From NCBI GenBank assembly GCA_963761045.1, contig CAVXFR010000005.1, positions 23,359 through 87,358 of the forward strand: a stretch of DNA of 64,000 bases, in the 5' to 3' direction. The notes beneath the pieces are model-generated. The model ran no database searches. It was not told where the DNA came from and saw nothing but the letters and a program-made list of their open reading frames with translations. Shown piece by piece: positions 39,507 to 49,657 of the stretch. The DNA is from Terriglobia bacterium (GTDB taxonomy: Bacteria; Acidobacteriota; Terriglobia; Bryobacterales; Bryobacteraceae). Position 1 is the stretch's first letter. Every line of letters begins with the position of its first letter. The translations under genes and the position numbers were made by a program.

Positions 39507-39531
39507 CACAGGCTGAAGGCCTGTGCCACAT
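39507..39531. repeat. 25-nt hairpin repeat, copy 2 (CACAGGCTGAAGGCCTGTGCCACAT)
   Basis: Perfect 7-bp stem CACAGGC / GCCTGTG with loop TGAAG. It lies 9 nt after the S9 peptidase stop and overlaps the 5' end of the next gene. Confidence 0.7.
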
Positions 39532-40874
39532 TGGCCATTCTAGTGCTGGCGGGATGCAGCGGATCCCCGGAAGCGCGCCTGCGCAGGGCGCTGGCGTCGC
39601 AGACCACCGGCATCCTCCAGCTTCCGCGAGGGACCGTCGAAATCTCCTCCGAGCTGACGCTGGCCCCCGGCGCGCACGATCTGGAAATCGTGGGAGACGA
39701 AACTCGCCTGAAAGCGGCGGACGGTTTCCAGGGCAGGGCACTGCTGGTGATCGAAAACGCCGAGCGCATCCACCTGCACGACCTGGAGATTGACGGCAAT
39801 CGCGACAAGCTCGCCAAGCCGCTTGAAATGGCTCCGCCCGAGAATGCGTTCCGGGTCTGGTATCCCGATAACGGCGTGCTGGCGAACAACGTGACGGGCC
39901 TTGAAATCGAGCGCGTGCGCCTGGCCAACGTAGTCAACTTCCCGATCCTGGTCAGCCAGTCGAGCAACGTCCGCATCCGGGATGCCACGGTCGAAGATTC
40001 CGGCTCGAAGAACGCGCGCGGGCGGAATAATTTGAGCGGAGGAATCCTGTTCGAGGAAGGGTCCTCTCATTTTGAAGTGACAGGATCGACCTTCCGCGGA
40101 ATCCTGGGGAATGGGCTCTGGACGCACTCTAATTTTCGCGCGCCCCGCCAGCAGGATGGAAGTTTTACGAACAACCACTTCGACACCATCGGCCGGGACG
40201 CTCTGCAACTGGGGCATGCCACGCGGGTGCGCATCGAGCAGAATACCGGGGCCCGCATCGGATATCCCGTGGAGGCGGTGGATGTGGAGAACCAGGGAAT
40301 CCCCATCGCCATCGACACGGCGGGCAACGTCGATCAATCCGAATATACGGGCAACACGTTTGAAGAGGTCGACGGGCAGTGCATCAATCTGGACGGCTTC
40401 CATGACGGCGCGGTGCGCGGCAATCGCTGCACGAACCGGAAAACCGCCGCGGACTATCCGTACGGGAGCTTCGGCATGGCCATGAACAACGCGAATCCCG
40501 ACACCCATTCGAACAACATCGAGATCCGCGACAACGTGATCGACGGGACCAAATTCGGAGGCTTGTTTCTGATGGGCAGCGGCAACCGCGTCGTGGGGAA
40601 CCGCTTCGTGAACGTGAATCTGGCGGGCTGCAATGAGAACGCCAAACAATTCGGCTGTATCTACAAAGCGGACGAGCCGGAGATGCTCGCAAGCGGGATC
40701 TATGTGAGCCGCGGCGTGGCTCGTCTGGAGGAGACGCGCGGAAACGTGATTGAGAACAACACCATCACGGGCCACGGGATGAAATCCCGCTGTGTCGTGT
40801 TCGGCCCCGGAGTCTCGCGTACAGCGAACACCTTAGAGGCCAACACTTGTTCTGACGATGCACCCCTCCAGTGA
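39513..40874 (+). CDS. Right-handed parallel beta-helix repeat lipoprotein (pectate-lyase-fold)
   Basis: Frame of ORF 39417-40874. Lipoprotein signal (L)KACATLAILVLAGCSG with lipobox LAGC. There is no in-frame ATG/GTG after the upstream stop, so the start would be CTG at 39513 or TTG at 39531. Repeated beta-helix turns (NVTGLEIERVRLANV, SNVRIRDATVEDSG, NIEIRDNVIDG, NRVVGNRFVNV). Confidence 0.7.
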   Translation: MKACATLAILVLAGCSGSPEARLRRALASQTTGILQLPRGTVEISSELTLAPGAHDLEIVGDETRLKAADGFQGRALLVIENAERIHLHDLEIDGNRDKLAKPLEMAPPENAFRVWYPDNGVLANNVTGLEIERVRLANVVNFPILVSQSSNVRIRDATVEDSGSKNARGRNNLSGGILFEEGSSHFEVTGSTFRGILGNGLWTHSNFRAPRQQDGSFTNNHFDTIGRDALQLGHATRVRIEQNTGARIGYPVEAVDVENQGIPIAIDTAGNVDQSEYTGNTFEEVDGQCINLDGFHDGAVRGNRCTNRKTAADYPYGSFGMAMNNANPDTHSNNIEIRDNVIDGTKFGGLFLMGSGNRVVGNRFVNVNLAGCNENAKQFGCIYKADEPEMLASGIYVSRGVARLEETRGNVIENNTITGHGMKSRCVVFGPGVSRTANTLEANTCSDDAPLQ

Positions 40875-40890
40875 CGTATCCTGATTCATA

Positions 40891-41845
40891 ATGTCGCTCG
40901 AGTTTCGGAATGCGGCCCTGGCGCCGCTCAGCGGGATCTCCGTGGTGGCTCCGCCCGGGGTCATCATCGGGGTGATTGGGGAAAAGGGATCGGGTGTCAC
41001 CGAGTTGCTCAAACTGGCAGGCGGCGCGGCGCAACCGGAAAGCGGTGAAGTTCGCGCGGGCGCCGAACGCCGCTACGTGGCGCTGGGCGAATCGCTGAAC
41101 CTCGCGCCGGCGGCGGTGATCGCGCTCGATCAGGCGCTGGCCACGCAGGACGCCGTGGTGCGCGCGCGTACCCTCACCGGCCTTGACCGGCTGCGGCGCG
41201 GCGGCGCGACCGTTCTGCTGGCCTCGCACGAAGGCAGCCTGCTCCAATTGCTGTGCGACGAAGTATGGTGGCTGGACGGCGGGCGGATCGCGGCCAAGGG
41301 CGATCCCAAGGAAACGCTGGCCAAGTACCGGAGACACGTCGCCGAGCGGGTGCGCAGCTGGGGCGAAACCATTCCCCCGCGTCTGGCGCCGGTGTTCCGC
41401 CACGGCGACGGCCGCGCCGAACTCATGTCCATTGAGACGCTTGGGTTCCGAAGGTAAGCCGACCATCGTCTGGAAGAGCGGCGAAATGGCCACGGTGCGC
41501 GCCACCGTGCAGTACAACCAGCCGGTGGACGATCCCGTGCTCGGACTGTTGATTCGCACCCAAGTGGGCTTCGAGGTTTACGGCACGAACACGGAACTGG
41601 AGCGGATCAAGCTGGGGCCTCGCGCCGCGGGAGATTCGGTCACGGTGGAATTTTCTTTCCTGTGCGACCTATGTCCCCGCGCGTACACCCTGACGCTGGC
41701 CTCGCACGATCCCGACGGCACGGTGCACGACTGGCTGGACGACGCCATCGCCGTCACGGTGACCGATGAGCGTCCCACGGCGGGCGTGGCGAATCTCCGC
41801 GCCAAGGTGACCGCGCAACCCGCAACGAAAGAGACAGCGGAATAG
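40891..41845 (+). pseudogene. Degenerate ABC-ATPase-like domain fused to Wzt_C-type (O-antigen exporter C-terminal) domain, apparent +1 frameshift near 41441-41450
   Basis: N-terminal part is ORF 40891-41457. The conserved continuation SEGKPTIVWKSGEMATVRATVQYNQPVDDPVLGLLIRTQVGFEVYGTNT... is in the ORF 41183-41845 frame. See findings for the degenerate nucleotide-binding motifs. Confidence 0.7.
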
Positions 41846-41849
41846 CCGG

Positions 41850-43199
41850 CTATTTCCCTTCCAGCAGAAAGGTCGGCGCGAGCCCGGTCAGCGTCGAGAA
41901 CCCCGACGCGTCCGCCACGCTCAGCCAGCTCGACGCGCCGTGGACTTTGCCCAGGAAGGCATGCGGATGCAGGTGTACCACCATGTCCTTCATGATCAGG
42001 CTGCCGTACTGCATCAGCGGGAACACGGCATGCGCCGGCTCCACGGCCTCCTGCACCACGAAGGGAGTCCGCATGGCCTGCCGTAGCGCTTTTTCCCACG
42101 CCATGTCGTCCACTTCCGAACCTTTAACGGGGTGCAGATCCGTGGAATCGTCGTTGGGCTTGAGCACCAGCTTGGCGCGATGCTTCATGACGAACTCCGG
42201 CAGGTCCACCATGCGGCCGTTGTGGGAGGTACGGGCGGCCTGCACCAGCCGGGTCCAGGGCACGAAATCCTTGATGGCGCGGCGCTCGGCGGCCGGAAAC
42301 TTGCCCGTGATCTTTTCGTCGGTGAGCAGGTCGAAGATCACGCGCTTGGAGCCGATATCGGCGCGGAAGCTGTTCACCATGCACACGGCGCGTTCTTTGT
42401 AGGCGCGCACCAGGGGATGGTTGAGGTCGAAGCGCACCAGGAATTCCTGTACCTTTATGCGCCGGTACAGGATGTCGATGGTGAACTCGCCGCGCCGCAA
42501 CACATTGTTGCGATACTCGAGCTGTTCCGGCGAAACCACCTCGGTCGGATACCCCTCGCGCGCGAAGAATTCGGCCAGCAGGGCATGATCGCTCGCGGCC
42601 GCCGCAAAGGGCGCCCGGAATTCGACAATCGCGATATTCGGCTTCTTCTGTTTTCCGCCGAATTCCTTGTACGTCTTGAGCAGGCCGCCCAACAGATACT
42701 TGGCGCCGCCCAGCTTTTGCAGCTTATATTTCTTGCGAAACTGCTTGACCGGCGGCGCTTCGTAATACAGGTCCGCCAGCGCGTCTCCGTAAAGAACGCC
42801 CGCGGGCGCCTCCGCGTTGAAGCCCGTGAAGCGGAGCGAGCCGTCGTGAATCGCGGCATCCAGCAGCGCGGTGACGGCGACGGTGGAATAGCCGGGATCC
42901 ACGGCCGCCAGCATTTTTTCCGCCGGCAGCAGTTGTATCCGGGCGAGCAGCGCGGGCGTTTCCAGCGCCAGCTTCTCCACGCGCGCGATCGCCGAGAGCA
43001 GCGTCTCGGACGCCCGCACCAGCGCGGCATAGTCCTTCTGCGTGATCAAGTGCGGCCGCAACACCGGCGACACGGGCCGGCCGTCCAGTTTTTCGGACTT
43101 GATGCGCTCTTGCAGCGCATGGGCCCACGCCAGGTCGATGTAGGGTTCGCTCTCGATGAGTTTGTGGTACCGGGCGATTGCCTCGCTCACCAGAGTCAT
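41850..43199 (-). CDS. Conserved hypothetical cytoplasmic protein (449 aa), function not recognised
   Basis: Long uninterrupted ORF with protein-like composition. An AT-rich promoter-like region lies upstream (43205-43320). No motif I can name with confidence. Confidence 0.6.
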   Translation of the reverse strand: MTLVSEAIARYHKLIESEPYIDLAWAHALQERIKSEKLDGRPVSPVLRPHLITQKDYAALVRASETLLSAIARVEKLALETPALLARIQLLPAEKMLAAVDPGYSTVAVTALLDAAIHDGSLRFTGFNAEAPAGVLYGDALADLYYEAPPVKQFRKKYKLQKLGGAKYLLGGLLKTYKEFGGKQKKPNIAIVEFRAPFAAAASDHALLAEFFAREGYPTEVVSPEQLEYRNNVLRRGEFTIDILYRRIKVQEFLVRFDLNHPLVRAYKERAVCMVNSFRADIGSKRVIFDLLTDEKITGKFPAAERRAIKDFVPWTRLVQAARTSHNGRMVDLPEFVMKHRAKLVLKPNDDSTDLHPVKGSEVDDMAWEKALRQAMRTPFVVQEAVEPAHAVFPLMQYGSLIMKDMVVHLHPHAFLGKVHGASSWLSVADASGFSTLTGLAPTFLLEGK

Positions 43200-43364
43200 C
43201 GTGTTATTGACGTTTAGTATCGCACCGTCAAAGGCATTTGCAAAGTATAGGAACTTGAATAATATTACTTAAGATGATGATACTAAAGGACTTCAAGATA
43301 AAACAAAATACTCTGCCGTTGATTTGACGGGAGCGGCTTTTGCCCGGGTCGCCGGACTGGGGGC

Positions 43365-43416
43365 CTCGATGGCCCGTGCCAGGTTTACATCTCGATGGCC
43401 CGTGCCAGGTTTACAT
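43365..43416. repeat. Perfect tandem duplication, 2 x 26 nt (CTCGATGGCCCGTGCCAGGTTTACAT)
   Basis: 43365-43390 is identical to 43391-43416. On the minus strand the repeat starts 10 nt downstream of the stop at 43426. Confidence 0.9.
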
Positions 43417-43425
43417 TAGGATGCC

Positions 43426-45087
43426 CTAGTTCACCGTGATGTCCTGCGACACCGAGAAACCGCCCGCGAAGCCAGCATAGTCGACCTGGCCGCCCGCCGT
43501 CAGGTTCGGTGTGAACGTTTCGATGCTATAACCCTGCACGGAAATCGTGGAGGCAGTGACCGGAGACGGCAGCAGGGAAGACAGGACGCTCACGGGGATC
43601 GTTAGTGAGTCGTCGCTTGCGCGGGCATAGCAGACGATGGTGACAATGTGGTTATTGGCGCCGATACGCGCTGTCGTGTCCACCACGACCGTCACGTAAT
43701 CCGCCCCGACTGCGTTCCAGGTGACGTTCAGAGGCGTGGAGCGATTGACGACGGCGATGGATGCCAAGTTCGTGACGGTGAAACTCGTGGGAAAGTTTGC
43801 GCCAGCCGTGAAGGGGCCGATGTCTGTTCCGCCGCTGCTGGTCAGCGTGTATCTGCTGCCCGCTTGGAACGTGCCGATCGCGGGGAAAAAGGAATAGCTG
43901 GCACCCTGCGGTGTGACCGTTCTTCCCAAAGCAGCGCCCGCTGATAAGCCGGGGCCGCTCAACGGGAGACTTGCGCCGGCATCGAGGAACGCATCCGGCT
44001 GGGAAGGATCGGCCTGATTCGCGGGAAAGGTCCGGTCGTACACTGAGCACGCGCCAAGGTTTGGCCGCCCAGGGCCTCCCGCCGCCCACTCGGCAGCCGT
44101 CCAACGGCTGAAGGCTCCGCTGCCGTATTCCTGTACCGCGGCGGGTGAGACGCTAGTGGAATGGATCACGCCGAAGCTTCCTCCGACAATGCTGCCACCG
44201 GCGTCGAGCTTCGCCAGAATCTCCGGGGTCAGCTTGGGATCGAAGCAGGTGCTGTCTCCAGGAGCGGCGATGGGAAGAACCGCGGGGTTGCTGAGCACCC
44301 CGTTCGAGCTGACCTGAAGCGCGGCGTAGCAATCCGGATCAATGTCGCCGGGCACTTTAAAATTCATCACCCACAGGCCAGGGTAGCCAGCCACGGCCGC
44401 CGTATAGCTCGGCGTGATCGTTCGCCCGGCCAGCATGACCTTGAAATTCCCCGTAGAGGTTTGATCCCCCGAGGAACCGCCCGTATCGTTCTGCGGATCG
44501 GAGCCTCCGCCCGTGCCCCAGAGAGAAACGGTATCGTTCGGATAGGTCGCGCTGAAATTGAAGATTCCCAGCATTCCTGTTTTTGTGAATCTCGTTAACG
44601 TGAGGCCTCCGTTGATCGTGCCTTGCGCGACTCCGCTACCGGCGCTGTTGGCGGTCGCGATGTTGAAATCGCGGGCCACCACGGTGACGGTCTGCGGGGC
44701 GCTGGTCTGGCCGTTGTAGGTCACGCGAACCAGGTAGTCGCCCGGCAAAGTGGAAGAAGGGAGTACGCCGGTGACGGCATTCTCCAGCGAGTAATACATG
44801 AACGCCGCGATGGCGTCGCCTCCGGCGACCGGCGTGAACGAAACCGATGTGCCAGCCAGCAAGAGGGGATAGTTCGGCGGCGGGGCGATCACGATAGAGG
44901 CAGGGCCCAGATTGTGGCCGTAAATCACGAAGACAACATTCGGAGCGAGCGTGGGCTCCGCGCCACTCACGTTGAAGATGCCCGGCACGCCGTCCTTCAC
45001 ATCGATCATGGGTTGTGCGAGCGCCGGCAGAGCCATCAAAACTGCCATGGATACGAGTAGCGGGATTTTCACGGTAGTCTCCTCCAT
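43426..45087 (-). CDS. Secreted repetitive Ig-like (IPT/TIG-type) protein
   Basis: 553 aa with signal peptide IPLLVSMAVLMALPALAQP. Beta-rich Thr/Gly/Ser/Val composition with repeated modules (...YLVRVTYNGQTSAPQTVTVV...). Family assignment is tentative. Confidence 0.55.
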   Translation of the reverse strand: MEETTVKIPLLVSMAVLMALPALAQPMIDVKDGVPGIFNVSGAEPTLAPNVVFVIYGHNLGPASIVIAPPPNYPLLLAGTSVSFTPVAGGDAIAAFMYYSLENAVTGVLPSSTLPGDYLVRVTYNGQTSAPQTVTVVARDFNIATANSAGSGVAQGTINGGLTLTRFTKTGMLGIFNFSATYPNDTVSLWGTGGGSDPQNDTGGSSGDQTSTGNFKVMLAGRTITPSYTAAVAGYPGLWVMNFKVPGDIDPDCYAALQVSSNGVLSNPAVLPIAAPGDSTCFDPKLTPEILAKLDAGGSIVGGSFGVIHSTSVSPAAVQEYGSGAFSRWTAAEWAAGGPGRPNLGACSVYDRTFPANQADPSQPDAFLDAGASLPLSGPGLSAGAALGRTVTPQGASYSFFPAIGTFQAGSRYTLTSSGGTDIGPFTAGANFPTSFTVTNLASIAVVNRSTPLNVTWNAVGADYVTVVVDTTARIGANNHIVTIVCYARASDDSLTIPVSVLSSLLPSPVTASTISVQGYSIETFTPNLTAGGQVDYAGFAGGFSVSQDITVN

Positions 45088-45424
45088 TCCGAAAGAAATC
45101 TAGATTCGATCACAACGCATGCCACGGCGCAACCACCCGGCTTCGGTGTGGCGGACGCCTAACTCGGCGTCAAGGTGTTTTTGAATCCAGACACAGGCGG
45201 AGCGAAAGAGGGCGGGAGCCGTGGATGCAGCTCCTCCGTCGGAACTGATATCCGTCCCGTGGACAATGCTGACGAAAATACCCGCAGGGACGGGGCTCTC
45301 TTGGCTTGTCAGGAATGTGCGGCAAACTGCTCGTCCTTGCCGAGCCGTTCGAGCAGTTTTTTCATGTCGTCGGCGTGCTCCTCTTCCTTGGCCAGGATCC
45401 GCTCCATCGCGACGCTGTCGAATA

Positions 45425-45622
45425 TCAACTGCGCGCAAGCCAGAAGAAGATCACTGCGATGACGCCGATGAATGCCGCGATCGCGTCGTAAGCGAATCTC
45501 GACTGCTCGCGGGGGCGCAAGTTGTTACCTCCGCAGGCCGCGCAGTAAGGCGCTCCGGCAGGCGCCACGGTGCGGCAATCGGCACATTCCTCGTCGCCGG
45601 CTGGGTGTTTGGCTCGCGTCAT
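45425..45622 (-). CDS. Zinc-ribbon plus single-TM small protein
   Basis: MTRAKHPAGDEECADCRTVAPAGAPYCAACGG (CxxC...CxxC), then TM AIAAFIGVIAVIFFWL. It may continue in another frame (see findings). Confidence 0.5.
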   Translation of the reverse strand: MTRAKHPAGDEECADCRTVAPAGAPYCAACGGNNLRPREQSRFAYDAIAAFIGVIAVIFFWLARS

Positions 45623-45783
45623 GGCCCATAGTAAGAATTCCGGACGGCCGTGCAAATGGACATCCGGCGTCGTTTGGCCCGGAACCAGGCGCCGCGCGTC
45701 CTGCATCGGCGGTACCAGGACAAAGCTGGTACCGGCTCACGCGGATCGGCATCGGCGGTATGGTGCCATATTGTAGTTAGAGG

Positions 45784-46662
45784 ATGCCGATGAAGAAGAT
45801 AGATCCCGACGACTTCCGTGTGCGGGCCGGGAAGAAGGTCGATTTAGACAAGTGGCCGACCAAGATCAAGCCTGTATACCACTCGCGAGAGGCGTATCAG
45901 AAACTCCTCGCGGAGCACGCCGGCAAGCTGAGCGAACAGCAAAGTCTGCTGTACGCGTCCGATAGCTACGCGCTCCTCCTGATTTTTCAGGCGATGGATG
46001 CGGCCGGCAAGGACAGCACCATCAAACACGTGATGTCTGGCGTCAATCCCCAAGGCTGCCAGGTGTTCAGTTTCAAACACCCCAGCGCCGAGGAGCTGGA
46101 TCATGACTTTCTATGGAATGCGACGCGGAAGTTGCCCGAGCGCGGCCGGATCGGCATCTTCAATCGCTCTTATTACGAGGAAGTTCTCATCCTGCGAGTC
46201 CATCCCGAGCTTCTCCAGGCCGAGAGCCTTCCCAAAGAGCTTCTCGATTCCAAAACGATCTGGCATGACCGGTATCGTTCCATCGTCCACCTGGAGGACC
46301 ACCTTCACCGCAACGGCACCCGTATCCTCAAGTTCTTCCTGCATCTTTCCAAGGAAGAACAGCGGAAACGCTTCCTGAAGCGCATCGATACGCCCGAGAA
46401 GAACTGGAAATTCAGCCAGGCCGACGTCGAGGAGAGGAAATACTGGAAGCACTATATGAAGGCGTATGAAGCCTGTCTCAGCGCCACTAGTACTCAAACA
46501 GCTCCCTGGTTTGTGGTGCCGGCCGACGACAAGGGGAGCGCTCAGTTGATCGTGTCCCGGATCATCCTCGACGCCCTCAAAGAGCTAAAAATGGCGTACC
46601 CGGAGTCCAGCCCGCAGCGGCGGAAGGAGTTGCAGACCATCCGCAAGCTGCTCGCCAAGTAG
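45784..46662 (+). CDS. ppk2: Polyphosphate kinase 2 family (polyphosphate:nucleotide phosphotransferase)
   Basis: 292 aa. [19 protein letters not shown] (P-loop-like PPK2 motif), [27 protein letters not shown]. Confidence 0.9.
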   Translation: MPMKKIDPDDFRVRAGKKVDLDKWPTKIKPVYHSREAYQKLLAEHAGKLSEQQSLLYASDSYALLLIFQAMDAAGKDSTIKHVMSGVNPQGCQVFSFKHPSAEELDHDFLWNATRKLPERGRIGIFNRSYYEEVLILRVHPELLQAESLPKELLDSKTIWHDRYRSIVHLEDHLHRNGTRILKFFLHLSKEEQRKRFLKRIDTPEKNWKFSQADVEERKYWKHYMKAYEACLSATSTQTAPWFVVPADDKGSAQLIVSRIILDALKELKMAYPESSPQRRKELQTIRKLLAK

Positions 46663-46674
46663 CGGTCTGCGCTG

Positions 46675-48066
46675 TTATTTCCCGAGCGCCACGCCGGCCG
46701 ATGCCGGATTCAGCCAGACATCCGGATCTTCGATCATCGGCCCGGCCTCGGCCGGTCCCCAGGTGTTCTGCTCGTACTCATAGACGGGGGTCACGTCATC
46801 CAGCACGGCGTCGACGATTCTCCATTGGGCTTCGATGGCGTCCTCGCGCGCGAACAGCGACGGGTCGCCGCGCATGGCGTCCCCCAGAAGGCGTTCGTAG
46901 GGCGTCATTTCGTCCGCGCCCTGATGCATCGCGATCAGCTCGGTGTCTTCCCCCTGCATGCGCTCGCCGGGGACCTTCACGCGCATGCCGAGCGCGATCA
47001 CGACCTCCGGGCTCAAGCGCAGGCGCAGGCGATTCGGCAAACCCTGCACCTGCTCGTCGAAGGTCTCCCGTGGCGGACGTTTGAAGTCGACCATCACTTC
47101 GGTGGCGGTGACGGGCAGGCACTTGCCTGCCCGGATGTAGAACGGCACGCCGGCCCAGCGCCAGGTGTCGATGAAGAGCCTGACCGCGGCATACGTCTCC
47201 ACCTGCGAGTCCGGCGCGACGCCTTCCTCCTTCCGGTAGCCTTTGAACTGCCCGCGCACCAGGTCTTCAGGAGTAAGCGGCTTGACGGCTTTGAGGATAC
47301 GCGACTTTTCATCGCGAAAGGCATCGTGATCTTCCCCGGTGGGAGGATCCATCGCCAGAAACGACAGCACTTGAAGAAGGTGGTTCTGGATCACATCGCG
47401 GATGGCTCCCGCTTCTTCGTAAAACCGCCCGCGTCCTTGCACCCCGAAGTTCTCGGCCATGGTGATTTGCACCGAGCGGATGTAGGTACGATTCCACACG
47501 GGTTCGAGCAATGAATTGGCGAACCGCGTATAGAGGATGTTCTGGACCGGTTCCTTGCCCAGGAAGTGATCGATCCTGAAGATCGCTGGTTCGGGAAAGA
47601 ATTGATGAAGAATCCGGTGCAGTTCCTGCGCCGATGCGAGGTCTCGCCCGAAGGGCTTTTCGACCACCACCCGCGCGCCCTTCGCGGAGCCTGAATGCGC
47701 CAGTCCTTCCGCGACCGCGGCGAACATGCTGGGCGGGATCGCGAGATAGTGCAGAGGCCGTTGCGCATTTCCCAGATGTTGGCGCAACTGGGCGAAGGTC
47801 GCCGGTTCGCGATAATCGCCGTCCACGTACTGGAGCAGCGCAGATAACTTGGCGAAGGCAGCTTCATCCAGGCCGCCGTGCGCGGTGACACTTTCGCGCG
47901 CGCGCGCTTTGAGCTGATCCAGGTTCCACCCGGCTTTGGCGACCCCCACGATGGGAATGTCCAGGTTGTGCCGCTTCACCAGGGCCTGAAGGGCAGGGAA
48001 GATTTGCTTGTAAGCAAGATCTCCGGTCGCTCCGAAAAAGACGAGAGCATCGGACTTGCGAGGCAT
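46675..48066 (-). CDS. zwf: Glucose-6-phosphate dehydrogenase
   Basis: Start [26 protein letters not shown] (NADP motif GATGDLA) at 48066. Active-site motif RIDHFLGKE. The listed 565-aa ORF carries a spurious Arg/Cys/Pro-rich 102-aa N-terminal extension. Confidence 0.9.
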   Translation of the reverse strand: MPRKSDALVFFGATGDLAYKQIFPALQALVKRHNLDIPIVGVAKAGWNLDQLKARARESVTAHGGLDEAAFAKLSALLQYVDGDYREPATFAQLRQHLGNAQRPLHYLAIPPSMFAAVAEGLAHSGSAKGARVVVEKPFGRDLASAQELHRILHQFFPEPAIFRIDHFLGKEPVQNILYTRFANSLLEPVWNRTYIRSVQITMAENFGVQGRGRFYEEAGAIRDVIQNHLLQVLSFLAMDPPTGEDHDAFRDEKSRILKAVKPLTPEDLVRGQFKGYRKEEGVAPDSQVETYAAVRLFIDTWRWAGVPFYIRAGKCLPVTATEVMVDFKRPPRETFDEQVQGLPNRLRLRLSPEVVIALGMRVKVPGERMQGEDTELIAMHQGADEMTPYERLLGDAMRGDPSLFAREDAIEAQWRIVDAVLDDVTPVYEYEQNTWGPAEAGPMIEDPDVWLNPASAGVALGK

Positions 48067-48112
48067 CCACGCTTTATTTATCGCACGATCTTTGTCGCGT
48101 GATGGGAGGACG

Positions 48113-49657
48113 CTACTGAATGACCTGGAACAGGTCCTGCGGCGGAGCCTTCGCGCGCGGCATCTGCAATTCCGGCATGGGAGGAGCCTGGAACAGCTTG
48201 CGGCAGGGGACCGCCAGCCAGCGGGCCCAGGAGGTGGCTTTCTTCTGGCGAGCGCTATCGGTGGCGATGCCGGTGCTGGCGTACATCTGGCGGTACAGCT
48301 TCGAGATAAAGACAAACGCCAGGCGCGCGCGCAGGTTCGGAGTACAGCGGGACCGCTTCCAAACGGAACCAAAGCTATAGAAGTGATCCCAGACGCCCTG
48401 GGTTCGCGCCCGCATCTCCTCCGAGGTCATGGTGGGATGCGGCATGAACATCTTGGGCCGCTTGTACGCGGGAATCAGCCAGTAGCGGGTCAGCGGGATT
48501 CCATCCACCTTGGCCGGATTGTCGCCCTGCGCTTTTTCCCACTTTTCGAAATCCACCGTACCAGGGAAAGGCGTCAGCATGACGAACTGCGCGAATGTCA
48601 GACCGGCTTTCTGGGCCAGATCGTGGGTGGCGTCAAAGGTGTCCGGGCGATCGCTGGGGAGGCCAAAGATGAACGAACCGAGCACGTGCACGCCGTGATC
48701 TGAAAACGTCTTGAGCTGCTTCACCAGGTTGTCGCCCGACAGGTTGAAATCCTTGTAGACCGTCTTCAGGCCTTCGGCCGTCACGGCTTCCACGCCTACC
48801 AGAGCGCCCCGGATGCGGGCTTTCTTCATGGCATCCAGAAACGCGGTGTCTTCCGCGGCTTCCATGGTGATCTGCGTGAAGAAGGTCATGTCCTTGGGCA
48901 GCTCCGACAGCCGCTCCATCAGTTCGAAGCGCTCCGCGCGCATGGCCTCCAGCTGATCGACCCGCGTCTGGTTGTTCTGCCGTTTTGCGAGTGCGATGTC
49001 GGTGAACGTGACCGGATAAAAATTGTCATCCGCCAGCGCGATGAAGCGGAATCCGCGGCGGCGCAGGTCTACGATCTCTTCAATGACCGGGTCGGTCCCG
49101 CGCTGCCGGGGGCGCTGCCCATCGGTGCGCCATACGGAACAGAACGAGCAGTGCTTGGCGCATCCGCGCACCGTCTGCACCGACGCCCACATGTAGCTAT
49201 CCGGCGGCAGCAGATCCCAGCGGGCCTGCTTGAACTCCCCAGCTTCCACTCGTCCGCCGTTGTAAATGCGTTCGGGAGTCCCCGCCACGCAATCGCGGAT
49301 GACCTGGTTCCAGACGATGTCGCCATCGCCCTTCACCACGACGTGCGCGCCGCCTCGCTCAAACGGCTCCTCCGAATAGAGCGTCGAATGGATTCCGCCG
49401 AATACCACCCAGGCGCCCCGCTCTCGGGCCGCGCGTCCTACCTCATATCCCCGCAACGCGTTGCCGGTGTGAATGCCGATGCCGACAACGTCGCCGGGCT
49501 TAACGCGCTCGAGATCGAGATGTTCCAGAGTTTCGTCGCAGATTTCGGGATCGCCGAACGACTCAGCGGTCGCCGCGGCCAGTACGTACAGCCACCGTGG
49601 CGTGATGACTGCAGTCCCGAAAGAAGTATCGCTAGGGTTAACGAGATGGATGCTCAT
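48113..49657 (-). CDS. B12-binding-domain radical SAM protein (with DUF4070-like C-terminal region)
   Basis: 514 aa. N-terminal cobalamin-binding-like Rossmann part (VVGIGIHTG...), radical SAM cluster motif CAKHCSFC, and a long C-terminal extension. Confidence 0.85.
   Translation of the reverse strand: MSIHLVNPSDTSFGTAVITPRWLYVLAAATAESFGDPEICDETLEHLDLERVKPGDVVGIGIHTGNALRGYEVGRAARERGAWVVFGGIHSTLYSEEPFERGGAHVVVKGDGDIVWNQVIRDCVAGTPERIYNGGRVEAGEFKQARWDLLPPDSYMWASVQTVRGCAKHCSFCSVWRTDGQRPRQRGTDPVIEEIVDLRRRGFRFIALADDNFYPVTFTDIALAKRQNNQTRVDQLEAMRAERFELMERLSELPKDMTFFTQITMEAAEDTAFLDAMKKARIRGALVGVEAVTAEGLKTVYKDFNLSGDNLVKQLKTFSDHGVHVLGSFIFGLPSDRPDTFDATHDLAQKAGLTFAQFVMLTPFPGTVDFEKWEKAQGDNPAKVDGIPLTRYWLIPAYKRPKMFMPHPTMTSEEMRARTQGVWDHFYSFGSVWKRSRCTPNLRARLAFVFISKLYRQMYASTGIATDSARQKKATSWARWLAVPCRKLFQAPPMPELQMPRAKAPPQDLFQVIQ

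Noticed and set aside
48067-48372. A 102-aa N-terminal extension of zwf in the listed 565-aa ORF
   Set aside because: The extension is Arg/Cys/Pro/Ser-rich junk that overlaps the 3' end of the radical SAM gene. The canonical G6PD N-terminus ([18 protein letters not shown]) starts at 48066.
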